Assembly: GCA_041601615.1 (NCBI GenBank)
Contig: JBFIHX010000001.1
Span: forward strand, 256,001-320,000
Reading direction: 5' to 3'
DNA from: Thermoplasmatota archaeon
GTDB lineage: Archaea > Thermoplasmatota > E2 > JACPAO01 > JAHFTW01
DNA length: 64,000 nucleotides
The first letter of the stretch is position 1; each line of letters starts with the position of its first letter. The notes below the pieces were generated by a model. The model worked only from the letters and a program-made list of their open reading frames with translations. It had not been told where the DNA came from and did not search any database. This document shows positions 18,763-27,726 of the stretch, one piece after another. The translations under genes and the position numbers were made by a program.

Positions 18763-19761
18763 ATGCGCACAAGTCCCGCACCGCTTCTTGCCATCCTCAT
18801 GTTGGCCCTAGCAACCACCGCCTCACCCACCATCACATCCGCCGGCACTGCTGCAGTATCCGAACCGGACGCGAGCCTCCTTCCAAGATTCGTGGATGGC
18901 CCGACACTCGTCTCCAGTGCCGCCACATGGACCTGCGATGAAATTGCAGTGGACCCCCTCGGCGACGCTTCCTTCGACAACAATTGCCCCCTCGGTGGCA
19001 GCATCCGACCCGGCGTAAAGGGCAACGGCTGCACGCTCTCCTGGATCGTCACAGACGGCACCGACTACTGGATTACCACCGCCGGCCACTGCGGCGGCGT
19101 GGGCACCAGCTTCAGCGTCCCAGGTGTTGGCACCATCGGCAGTGTAGTGTTCCGCGAATTCAGCGGCACCGTCGACACCCCCCGCGACTGGGCATTCATC
19201 AAAATCGACGCCAGCAAACACAGCTTCATCGACCCCACGATGGTGCATTACGGCGGCCCCTTCAGCGCCCTCCCCGACCTTGGCGACGGTCCCGTCCGGA
19301 TTCCCCTTCCTGGTGACGGCGTGTTGCACTACGGCCACGGCTACGGACTGGGCCAGGAAGACGCCACCAAGGGCCGCGCTGGCATCAACGCCGCCACCAC
19401 GCCCACCTCATTCATCTACCCAGGCACCGTCGGAGGAGGCGATTCAGGCAGCCCTGTGCGCCTTGCAACAGGAGAAGCAGCCGGCATCGCGGTGATGGGC
19501 GGCGTGATCCAGACCGGCGACAACCGCAACTACGTTCCAGACCACTGCGCCGAGATCGAACTCATCGTCCCCGGCGCCTGCGCACCCTACTGGGACACCT
19601 GCGACCGATTGGACGGCGCTTGCGACGGCATCTGGCGCCCCAATGGATTGTACGGTATTGTCATCGCCACCCGGCTCGATGTGGCGCTTGACGCCTTCGA
19701 ATCATGGCTTGGCAGCGATGTTTGGGTCCTAGAAGGCAACCTCATGGGCGTCACAGTATAA
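18763..19761 (+). CDS. Secreted S1 (chymotrypsin-like) serine protease
   Basis: Signal peptide; TAGHC, DWAFI, GDSGSP catalytic triad. Confidence 0.88.
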   Translation: MRTSPAPLLAILMLALATTASPTITSAGTAAVSEPDASLLPRFVDGPTLVSSAATWTCDEIAVDPLGDASFDNNCPLGGSIRPGVKGNGCTLSWIVTDGTDYWITTAGHCGGVGTSFSVPGVGTIGSVVFREFSGTVDTPRDWAFIKIDASKHSFIDPTMVHYGGPFSALPDLGDGPVRIPLPGDGVLHYGHGYGLGQEDATKGRAGINAATTPTSFIYPGTVGGGDSGSPVRLATGEAAGIAVMGGVIQTGDNRNYVPDHCAEIELIVPGACAPYWDTCDRLDGACDGIWRPNGLYGIVIATRLDVALDAFESWLGSDVWVLEGNLMGVTV

Positions 19762-20115
19762 CCCCCACCCAACCCCAATCCAGCCGCCGATCCGTACCAA
19801 TTCGAAGCCATATTCCAGCCAATCCGGCGCCCTGGGGTAGTCGATTCAAGAATTGTACGGAGACCCTAATAAACCCGAAGAACCAGAACAAGAATCGGAC
19901 TCCGGACAGACCCCAATTGTCGCATCAGAACGGGAACACCCTGGTGCGTCAAGCGGGACTCTCGTCCGCGCTTCCTGGCCGGGGGCGCTCGCGCGTGCCC
20001 CAAAAACACAACCGTGCCCCCCGGCCCCACTTGCTTGGCGGCTGACCAAGCCCCCCCCAATTTGGACATTGCCCGACCCCAAAGGCTCAAACCCCTGGGG
20101 CACGCATGGAGAATC

Positions 20116-20475
20116 GTGAGCGACGGCAGCATCACCATTGAGCAGAAGCTGACCATGACGGTAACGGACCTGGCGCGCGAGAAGCTTGGCGCGTTTTTGG
20201 GCGAGCGCCCCATCGACGCCATTGGCGTGCGCATCAGTGTTCAGCCCGGCGGTTGCTCGGGTGCTTCGTACGGCATGGAATTCCAGGAGCACAAAGCAGA
20301 CCACGAGATGGAACTGGTGGCCAACGGCGTGCGACTATGGGTCGACCCGAACCACTTGGCACTCCTGAACGGACTCACCATCGATTTCGTCGATGAACTG
20401 ATGGGCGGCGGATTCAAGATTCACAACCCCAACGCCAAGAGTTCCTGTGCGTGCGGCAAGTCTTTCAGCGCTTGA
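20116..20475 (+). CDS. A-type Fe-S carrier (IscA/HesB/ErpA)
   Basis: GGCSG..Y, IDFVDELMGGGF, NPNA..SCACGKSF. Confidence 0.95.
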   Translation: MSDGSITIEQKLTMTVTDLAREKLGAFLGERPIDAIGVRISVQPGGCSGASYGMEFQEHKADHEMELVANGVRLWVDPNHLALLNGLTIDFVDELMGGGFKIHNPNAKSSCACGKSFSA

Positions 20476-20576
20476 ATTCACCGCGATTGAACCACAGTGA
20501 ACCATTCCTTTTTCTTTTGTTAGGAATGTTTTTAAACAGATTTTGATTGAATGCACCTTCCAAGTGGTGCGCCCCT

Positions 20577-21920
20577 ATGTCCTTCCAACAAAACTTTATC
20601 TTGATATTGGGATCATTATTTGCAATTTCTGGCATTGTTATGTTTTTTTACTTCCGCGTCAAGGGGCACGGCGAGGAACGAAACCACGTAAAATTCGTCA
20701 AGATCGAACTCGACCTTTCCGCCCCCTCCTTGATCGTCTTCGTAATCGGCGCCATCATGATGATTCTGGCCGGGACGGGATTCGGCGAAACCAACCCCAC
20801 CTCCCCTGGCTCATCAGCCTCCCTGGATGTTCTTCACAAATACGTAGCGCAAGAGCCACCAAACAGCGGATCCACCACAACCCGCTACACCCAATACGAG
20901 AGCATCACCACACGAAACGGCTTGCTATCCATGGAAGTGCCCGTCCGCTGGAAGGAGATCGAGGAGGCCCCATGGACCGAGCAACGGGCCCGAGTCGGCA
21001 GTTCACTCACCGCAAGCCGCGACATGGAACAGTTCAAGTCCACATGGGAAGAACCCGGTGTCGCCTTTGCAGTCAGCGTCGACTTTGCAAGCAAACACAC
21101 GCCCCAAACACTCCTGGACACCCTGCCCATGTCCACCGAATATGACTACGCGCAGGCATGCACCTACCTGGACCGCGAGCCCTACCACGACTCACGCTAC
21201 CAAGGCCACTTCGACATCTGGAACGAATGCGCAGACACTTCGACCATCGTCGTCACACTGGCCGCCGCCCCCGCAGACCATTCATTCCTGGCTTTCCTAT
21301 TCATCCAATTGACCTCGGACGCAGAATTGACCGTGCTGGACCACATCCTAGCATCCTTCGTCGTTTCCGAGCAAAACCTACCCGAGCCCAACAGCGGCTG
21401 GGAGGCAAGCACAGACCAAGGCAACGACGCCAAGTACACCGGCTACCAGGAGATTTACACCTCGAACGGATTCCTCTCCATGGAAATCCCCATCGAATGG
21501 AGCGACGCGCGTGAAGCCACTTGGAGCGAAGGGGCACTCGAAGGAGAAGCATTGCTAGCCTCGCCTGATTTGGACAAGTTCTGGGACTCCTGGCTCGTTC
21601 CTGGCGTAGCGTTTGGCGCCTCCTACGACATGACGCACGGCCACACCCCCCTCAGCCTCCTCGATGCGCGCCCCTTCAATGACGAATTCTTCTACGCTGA
21701 ATCCTGCACCTACCTCGAACGCACATCCTACGACGACGAATGGTATTCGGGCGCATACGACATGTGGGGCTCCTGCGGAGGCCACAACAGAGTCGCCATG
21801 AGCATGGTCGTAGCACCCCAGAACGGCGAATATCTTGTCGCCATCTACATGACCATGTCCACGCAACGAGAAATCGACGCCATGGTGCAAGTGCTAGAGA
21901 CATTCATGGTCAACGCTTGA
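20577..21920 (+). CDS. Membrane-anchored protein with two tandem homologous extracellular domains
   Basis: Two N-terminal TMs; repeats YESITTRNGLLSMEVPVRW and YQEIYTSNGFLSMEIPIEW, each with a Cys pair. Confidence 0.75.
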   Translation: MSFQQNFILILGSLFAISGIVMFFYFRVKGHGEERNHVKFVKIELDLSAPSLIVFVIGAIMMILAGTGFGETNPTSPGSSASLDVLHKYVAQEPPNSGSTTTRYTQYESITTRNGLLSMEVPVRWKEIEEAPWTEQRARVGSSLTASRDMEQFKSTWEEPGVAFAVSVDFASKHTPQTLLDTLPMSTEYDYAQACTYLDREPYHDSRYQGHFDIWNECADTSTIVVTLAAAPADHSFLAFLFIQLTSDAELTVLDHILASFVVSEQNLPEPNSGWEASTDQGNDAKYTGYQEIYTSNGFLSMEIPIEWSDAREATWSEGALEGEALLASPDLDKFWDSWLVPGVAFGASYDMTHGHTPLSLLDARPFNDEFFYAESCTYLERTSYDDEWYSGAYDMWGSCGGHNRVAMSMVVAPQNGEYLVAIYMTMSTQREIDAMVQVLETFMVNA

Positions 21921-22045
21921 TTTCTGGCCCGAAGCCGTGGTGTACAAGAAGGCGCAGGCCCCGCTGTTGCATCCTGTCCTCGCGGGCGTCCATTTCCTTT
22001 GCATTCTCAGGGACGTTAAAATAGAGACAGAACAAACAGTGAGGC

Positions 22046-22492
22046 ATGGATCTGCGCATCCTAATGGTGGCAGAGAGGCGCCAGGCAGATCGCGTCGGGC
22101 AGTTGCTTGGCCAGGGGCTTGCCAATTGGGTTGGAAAAGGTGCCCCCCTTCATGCCGATTTTGTCCTTGCCACGGATGTGCGAGAAGCGTGCGTGCAGTT
22201 TCAGGCAGTTCCCTTTGATGTGGTGTTGATGGGACTTGATGCAGCAGGCGAGCGCAGCCCGGGCGCTTTGGATCGGTTGCATGAGGTGGAACCGGATGTC
22301 CCCGTGATTGTATTCGGCTCGCACACGAGCAAAAAAGTCGCAGAATCATGGCGGCGCGCCGGGGCAGTCGATTGTGTGTCCTGCCAGCCCGCAAACGTAG
22401 CTCGTGTGGTGGAGCGCATGGTGGAAGCGACCTGGGAAGCGTGGACGCGCAACGGAGATGTTGCGGAAGCGGTTCATGAGCACCATCTTTAA
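22046..22492 (+). CDS. Single-domain receiver-like (CheY-fold) protein, atypical
   Basis: LRILMV, FDVVLMGL, PDVPVIVF, AGAVD pattern. Confidence 0.65.
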   Translation: MDLRILMVAERRQADRVGQLLGQGLANWVGKGAPLHADFVLATDVREACVQFQAVPFDVVLMGLDAAGERSPGALDRLHEVEPDVPVIVFGSHTSKKVAESWRRAGAVDCVSCQPANVARVVERMVEATWEAWTRNGDVAEAVHEHHL

Positions 22493-22546
22493 GTTCAGGA
22501 CGCCCTAGACACCATTGGGCTGTGAGAACCACAGTACCACACACTG

Positions 22547-23365
22547 GTGACGTTCATGGAGCTCAAGCACATCAAGGGCATCGGCCCCTCCAAGCAAGCA
22601 AAGCTGGCCGCCGCCGGCATCGAAAGCGTAGAGGCCCTCGCCCGCGCCGACCCCGAGGAAGTGGCCACCAAATCCGGCCTCCCCCTCGAATCCGTCAAGG
22701 ACTACAAACAGAAGGCCGTCGCCCTGACCCTGATGGAAGACATCAAAGGCATCGGACCCCAAACCGTCGTCACCCTCGCCCAAGCCGGCATCACGAGCCT
22801 CAAGGACCTCTACGACGCCAGCGCCGAGCGCGTCGCCGCCGAAGCCCGCGTCGCCCGTGAAAAGGCACTCGAATGGCAAGCCGAAGCCAAGAAACTCGCC
22901 GAGCACGTACGCGACGAAGCCAAAACCCCCGAAGGCCGCCGCAAGCTCCTGAAGGAGTCCGCCGACGCCAGCAAGGCCGCCGCCCGCAAGACCCAGGACA
23001 CCCTCGTCTCCCTCTACGGCATGGCCCGCGACGAAGGCGAAGCCGCCATCCAAAAGGCGCACGACCTACGCGAACGTGCCCCCCAGCAACTGCACGACCT
23101 GCGCCAAAAAGCCGAGAAGGCCCTCAAGGACGCCGAGAACATGGTAAAGGACCTTCAAACACGGGCACGAGACCTGCAAGACAAGGCCGCCATGCAAGAA
23201 TGGCGCTCCAAAGCCGAAATCGCAGTCGCCGACGCCAACCGCATCGTCAAGGAACTCAAGGACAAGACCGAGCACTTCGTCAAAACCGAAGCAGAGAAGG
23301 TCAAAAGCGCCAACAAAGGACTGTTCGTGCGCATCAAGAGCAAGTTCCAACGCAAGGCCGCCTAA
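22547..23365 (+). CDS. Tandem helix-hairpin-helix protein with a long helical C-terminus
   Basis: Two IKGIGP...L..AGI.S repeats, then an Ala/Lys/Glu-rich coiled coil. Confidence 0.8.
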   Translation: MTFMELKHIKGIGPSKQAKLAAAGIESVEALARADPEEVATKSGLPLESVKDYKQKAVALTLMEDIKGIGPQTVVTLAQAGITSLKDLYDASAERVAAEARVAREKALEWQAEAKKLAEHVRDEAKTPEGRRKLLKESADASKAAARKTQDTLVSLYGMARDEGEAAIQKAHDLRERAPQQLHDLRQKAEKALKDAENMVKDLQTRARDLQDKAAMQEWRSKAEIAVADANRIVKELKDKTEHFVKTEAEKVKSANKGLFVRIKSKFQRKAA

Positions 23366-23532
23366 ACCCCGCCATTCGCATCACAACTCTCCTGCGGCGA
23401 AAGCCCACCTCATCCCCCTCCCACTTTGATCCGTTTCACACCCCGCCGCAAGCCCGACCGCGGCTCCGAATCGGCCCCGCTGCGACCGCGGCTCCTTAGC
23501 GGCCTTTTTTCATGCGGCACCATTGCGCCCGC

Positions 23533-24558
23533 ATGGACGTCCAAGACAGCATCCTCGACCTAGTGGGCAACACCCCTATGGTCTGGCTTGACAAACTCCG
23601 ACCCGAAGGAGGCGCTCGCATCGCCGCCAAGCTCGAGATGTTCAACCCCGGCTTCAGCGTCAAAGACCGCATCGGACTCGCACTCATCCGCGCCGGCGAA
23701 GCCCAAGGCCTCCTGAAACCGGGCGGCACCATCGTCGAACCCACCAGTGGCAACACCGGCCTCGGCCTCGCCATGGCCGCCAACTTGCTTGGCTACCGCA
23801 TGGTCTGCACCCTGCCCGACAAAGTGCCCAAAGAGAAGCAAAACCTCCTGAAAGCCTACGGTGCCGAAGTGATCGAATGCCCCACGAACGTGGAGGCCGA
23901 CGACCCGCGCAGCTACTACAAGCAAGCCGAGCGTCTGCGTGACGAAGAAGGTGCATACCTGCCCTACCAATACTACAACCAAGCCAACCCCGAAGCGCAC
24001 ATCGCGACCACGGGCCCGGAAATCTGGAAGCAAACGGACGGCAAAATCACGCACTTTGTCGCAGGTGTTGGCACCGGCGGCACCATCAGCGGCACCGGCA
24101 AATTCCTCAAGAGCCAGAACCCGAACGTACAGATCATCGGCGTCGACACCGTCGGCAGCGTCTACGCGCACCTGAAGAAAACCGGCTCCATGCCCGCCGC
24201 CGAAGACATCCACCAATACCTCATCGACGGCATCGGCGAAGACTTCCTCCCCAAATCCGTCTGGATGGACGTTATCGACGACGTGCTCACCGTCTCGGAC
24301 GAAGACGCATTCATGATGCAAGCGCGCATGGCCCGCGAACTCTGCATCTTCAGCGGCAGCAGCGCCGGAGCCGCCGTCGTGGGCGCCATCCGCATCGCCG
24401 CCACCCTCCCCGAAGACGCCATCGTCGTCACCCTCCTGCCCGACGCCGGAGAACGATACCTCAGCAAATTCAACGACAAATGGCTGCGCGAACACGACAT
24501 GCCCCTTGTTGCCGACTACCTGCAAGGAAAATCCGCCGCACCCCCGGTGACCGCATGA
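23533..24558 (+). CDS. Cystathionine beta-synthase / cysteine synthase family
   Basis: VGNTPM, NPGFSVKDRIG, EPTSGNTG, GVGTGGT, GIGEDF, PDAGERYLSK. Confidence 0.9.
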   Translation: MDVQDSILDLVGNTPMVWLDKLRPEGGARIAAKLEMFNPGFSVKDRIGLALIRAGEAQGLLKPGGTIVEPTSGNTGLGLAMAANLLGYRMVCTLPDKVPKEKQNLLKAYGAEVIECPTNVEADDPRSYYKQAERLRDEEGAYLPYQYYNQANPEAHIATTGPEIWKQTDGKITHFVAGVGTGGTISGTGKFLKSQNPNVQIIGVDTVGSVYAHLKKTGSMPAAEDIHQYLIDGIGEDFLPKSVWMDVIDDVLTVSDEDAFMMQARMARELCIFSGSSAGAAVVGAIRIAATLPEDAIVVTLLPDAGERYLSKFNDKWLREHDMPLVADYLQGKSAAPPVTA

Positions 24559-25706
24559 GCCACATCGAACAAAACGACAGCTTCGCCACGCGCTGTGTGC
24601 ACGCCGGCACCACGCCCGACCCACAATACGGCGCAGTCAACCCCGGCATCCAACTCAGCACCACCTTCGTCCAACCCGACGTAGCCAAACCCCTGAAGTT
24701 CGACTACAGCCGCGCCGGTAACCCCACCCGCGAAGCCCTCGAACAAGCCATCGCAGAACTCGAAGGTGGCAAAACCGGCCACGCCTTCTCCAGCGGCCTC
24801 GCCGCCATGGACGCCTGCCTGCGCTTGCTCAGCGTCGGCGACCACGTGGTCTGCGCCGAAGACGCCTACGGCGGCAGCATCCGACTCCTTCGACAAGTAG
24901 CCAGCAACGGCGGCATCGAAACTACGTTTGTCGACACCCGCGACACGGCAGCCGTTGAAGCCGCCATGCAACCCAACACCAAACTCGTCCTGCTGGAAAC
25001 CCCCACCAATCCACTGCTGCGGGTCAGCGACATCGAAGCCGTGGCAAAGGTCGCGCACGCCGGCGGCGCCCTCCTGGTCGTCGACAGCACCTTCATGAGC
25101 CCCGCGCTGCAAAACCCGCTCCAGCTCGGCGCAGACATCGTCTTCCACAGCGCCACCAAATACATCGGCGGCCACAGCGACGTGCTCGCCGGCCTTCTAG
25201 CCACCAACGACGAAGCACTCGGCGAACGCCTGAAGTTCCTCCAACTCGCCGTCGGCGCCGTCCTCTCCCCCTTCGACAGCTACCTCCTGCTGCGCGGCAT
25301 CCGCACCCTGCACCTGCGCATGGAGCGACACAGCCACAACGCCGCCATTCTCGCCGAGCGACTCGTGGAAAAACTGGGCGCCGAGAACGTCTACTACCCC
25401 GGCCTCCCCAGCCATCCAGGGCACGAAATCCACGCCCGCCAAGCCAAAACCGGCGGCGGTATGCTCAGTTTCCGCCTCCCCGACGCAGAGGCGGCACGCG
25501 CCCTCGTTCGAAATACAAGGATTTTCCAACTTGCAGAGAGCCTAGGTGCCGTGGAAAGCTTGATCCAAGTACCCGCGGCCATGACCCACGCGAGTGTACC
25601 CCGCGCCATGCGCGAAAAGACCGGCCTCACCGACGGCCTCATACGCATCAGCGTCGGCATCGAGGAGGTGGAAGACCAATGGAACGACCTGGCGCAAGCC
25701 TTCTGA
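24555..25706 (+). CDS. Cystathionine gamma-lyase/synthase
   Basis: YSRAGNPT, ETPTNP, HSATKYIGGHSD, AESLGAVESL, RISVGIE. Confidence 0.93.
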   Translation: MSHIEQNDSFATRCVHAGTTPDPQYGAVNPGIQLSTTFVQPDVAKPLKFDYSRAGNPTREALEQAIAELEGGKTGHAFSSGLAAMDACLRLLSVGDHVVCAEDAYGGSIRLLRQVASNGGIETTFVDTRDTAAVEAAMQPNTKLVLLETPTNPLLRVSDIEAVAKVAHAGGALLVVDSTFMSPALQNPLQLGADIVFHSATKYIGGHSDVLAGLLATNDEALGERLKFLQLAVGAVLSPFDSYLLLRGIRTLHLRMERHSHNAAILAERLVEKLGAENVYYPGLPSHPGHEIHARQAKTGGGMLSFRLPDAEAARALVRNTRIFQLAESLGAVESLIQVPAAMTHASVPRAMREKTGLTDGLIRISVGIEEVEDQWNDLAQAF

Positions 25707-26473
25707 AACCCACCCTCACCCTGTTCTGCCTCGTCCTGTTGGCAGCACCCACCGCACACGCAGTCGTGCTCGCAGACGACCCTGACGCTCTCGGAGACGT
25801 CACCAGCCAAGCCGGCGTGCCTGCCAACGAACCCACCATCGACATGGTGAACATAGTGGCCGAAACCGACGGAGACGAACTGGTCCTGCGCAACGAAGTC
25901 GCCGCACCCCTTCCCGTCCCCGAAACAAGCGAGGTCAACATGTCCCGCTTGTACACTTTCCTCTTCGTCGTCGACTTCGACGCCAACAGCGAAGTGCCCC
26001 TGGTGCAAAGCGCCGACGCCGTCTTCGTCTGCACCTTCCACCACGGATTCGACGACCTTGCATGCCAACAAAGCCTCGGAGAACGCATCCTGCGCGGCTA
26101 CGGCATCAACGACCGAAACGCCACCCTCCGGCTCGCCCTTGAAGGCAACGACACCACACAACTCATGCGCGTCGGTGGCGCCGCCACACTCACGGACGAG
26201 TCGGCAGGAAAGTTGCTTGCCCAAGACTGGACCCCCACCACCATCCAAGCCCAAGACCTGGACAACAGCGGAGACCCCTTCGGATCGGGGAGCGGCACGG
26301 CGACACCATGGTACAAGACCACACGCGGCGCAATCCTCCTCGTCTCCGTGGCAGGCTACCTCAGCTACATCGCCTACGGACGCTGGAAAAAGGACGCGCC
26401 GGCCGGCAAAGATAGCAGCAAGGACGTCGCAGCCGCGGCTCCAGCACCCGAGCCATCGAGCGAAGAAGAGTAA
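25679..26473 (+). CDS. Exported protein with C-terminal membrane anchor
   Basis: Signal peptide (AHA), acidic body, C-terminal TM followed by a basic stretch. Confidence 0.65.
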   Translation: MERPGASLLKPTLTLFCLVLLAAPTAHAVVLADDPDALGDVTSQAGVPANEPTIDMVNIVAETDGDELVLRNEVAAPLPVPETSEVNMSRLYTFLFVVDFDANSEVPLVQSADAVFVCTFHHGFDDLACQQSLGERILRGYGINDRNATLRLALEGNDTTQLMRVGGAATLTDESAGKLLAQDWTPTTIQAQDLDNSGDPFGSGSGTATPWYKTTRGAILLVSVAGYLSYIAYGRWKKDAPAGKDSSKDVAAAAPAPEPSSEEE

Positions 26474-26478
26474 ACGCC

Positions 26479-26498
26479 CGCGGGGAGCGCGCCCCGCG
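26479..26498. terminator. GC hairpin between convergent genes
   Basis: CGCGGGG-AGCGCG-CCCCGCG in a 28-bp gap. Confidence 0.45.
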
Positions 26499-26501
26499 TG
26501 A

Positions 26502-27662
26502 TTACCCGCGAGCCTGCAACGGCAAGCTGCTTTGCCAAGCAGCCCCGGCAAGATCCACGCGACGCACGGGCACACGTCCGTCGGGCCCACGCAGATCTTC
26601 AAAGCGAAGCACGCGGGTTGTGCCACCGGCCACAGAAATGAGCCCGTTGCCCTCGCCCTCGGCTAGGAACCGCACCGCCTCGCTGCCCAGCATCCGCGTA
26701 TACTGGACATCGAAGGCCACAGGGTCAGCGCAGCGCAACTCATAGCCAATGATCTTGGTGACGAATCCCACTTTTTGCCCGGCTGCCGCCAGGCGCGGCG
26801 CCAAGTCATCACGCACGGCTCGACCCAGGTCAATCTCCGACATGCGCGGATTGCCGTGCTCGTCTAGCTCCAGGCTCGCAATGCGGCGAAGATCGCCTTC
26901 GGTCAAGCGCTCCAAGAGGCCTTCCGCCAACACCACGAGGCCCCAGTCTTGGCCCTCGGATCGGCGCTGGGCGATGGCTGCTGAAACGAGGTCCACGATG
27001 CGAGAAAGAGGAATCGGCTTGTCTTCGCCAAACTCTTCGCGAATGATGCAAAGGTCTGCGCCGCTGCCCATCGCCATGCCAAGACTGAGGTGCCCCGCAG
27101 ATCGGCCCATGGCCGTGACAAGGTACCAGCGATTCGTGGTTTCGGCGTCCACACGCAGGTATGTGCACAACTTGGCGCCAAGGTCCTTGGCTGTTTCAAA
27201 TCCGAACGTGGGAGCTTCGTCCGGCAGCGGCAAGTCGTTGTCGATGGTCTTGGGAACATGCGCCACGCGAAGCGTCAAACCCTCTCTTGCAAGTGCCCCC
27301 GCGACGGCCGCTGCACTCGTCGCCGTGTCGTCGCCGCCCACCGTCACCAAGCCATCCAAACCGAGCGCCTTCACAGCATCCACGACGGTCTGCATCGATT
27401 CCGGGGACTTCTTGGGATTGGCGCGATTTGTAAACAAAATGCCGCCGCCACGGGTCTCAATGCCCGCCACGTCGTTCGCGGTCAGTTCGCGGCAGGCACT
27501 GATATCGCCGGCCATGAGGCGACTGTAGCCATACGGAATCCCCACGACAGTCCAACCACGAGCAAGTGCTGCGAGGGTTACGCTGTTGATGACGCCGTTG
27601 AACCCAGGTGCTGGGCCGCCGCCACAGAGGATGCCGATCTTCACAATGCGCGGACCTCGCAT
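26502..27662 (-). CDS. pfp: 6-phosphofructokinase, probably PPi-dependent
   Basis: GGGPAPG, GGDDT, PKTIDND, MGRSAG, GYELR; Asp in GGDD and Lys in PKTIDND are the PPi-type residues. Confidence 0.9.
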   Translation of the reverse strand: MRGPRIVKIGILCGGGPAPGFNGVINSVTLAALARGWTVVGIPYGYSRLMAGDISACRELTANDVAGIETRGGGILFTNRANPKKSPESMQTVVDAVKALGLDGLVTVGGDDTATSAAAVAGALAREGLTLRVAHVPKTIDNDLPLPDEAPTFGFETAKDLGAKLCTYLRVDAETTNRWYLVTAMGRSAGHLSLGMAMGSGADLCIIREEFGEDKPIPLSRIVDLVSAAIAQRRSEGQDWGLVVLAEGLLERLTEGDLRRIASLELDEHGNPRMSEIDLGRAVRDDLAPRLAAAGQKVGFVTKIIGYELRCADPVAFDVQYTRMLGSEAVRFLAEGEGNGLISVAGGTTRVLRFEDLRGPDGRVPVRRVDLAGAAWQSSLPLQARG

Positions 27663-27726
27663 TGCGTCAAGAGTGCTGCGGCTGCCGATGCCGCCGATTC
27701 GTACGGTTTCCCCGCTGTGCGGCGTG

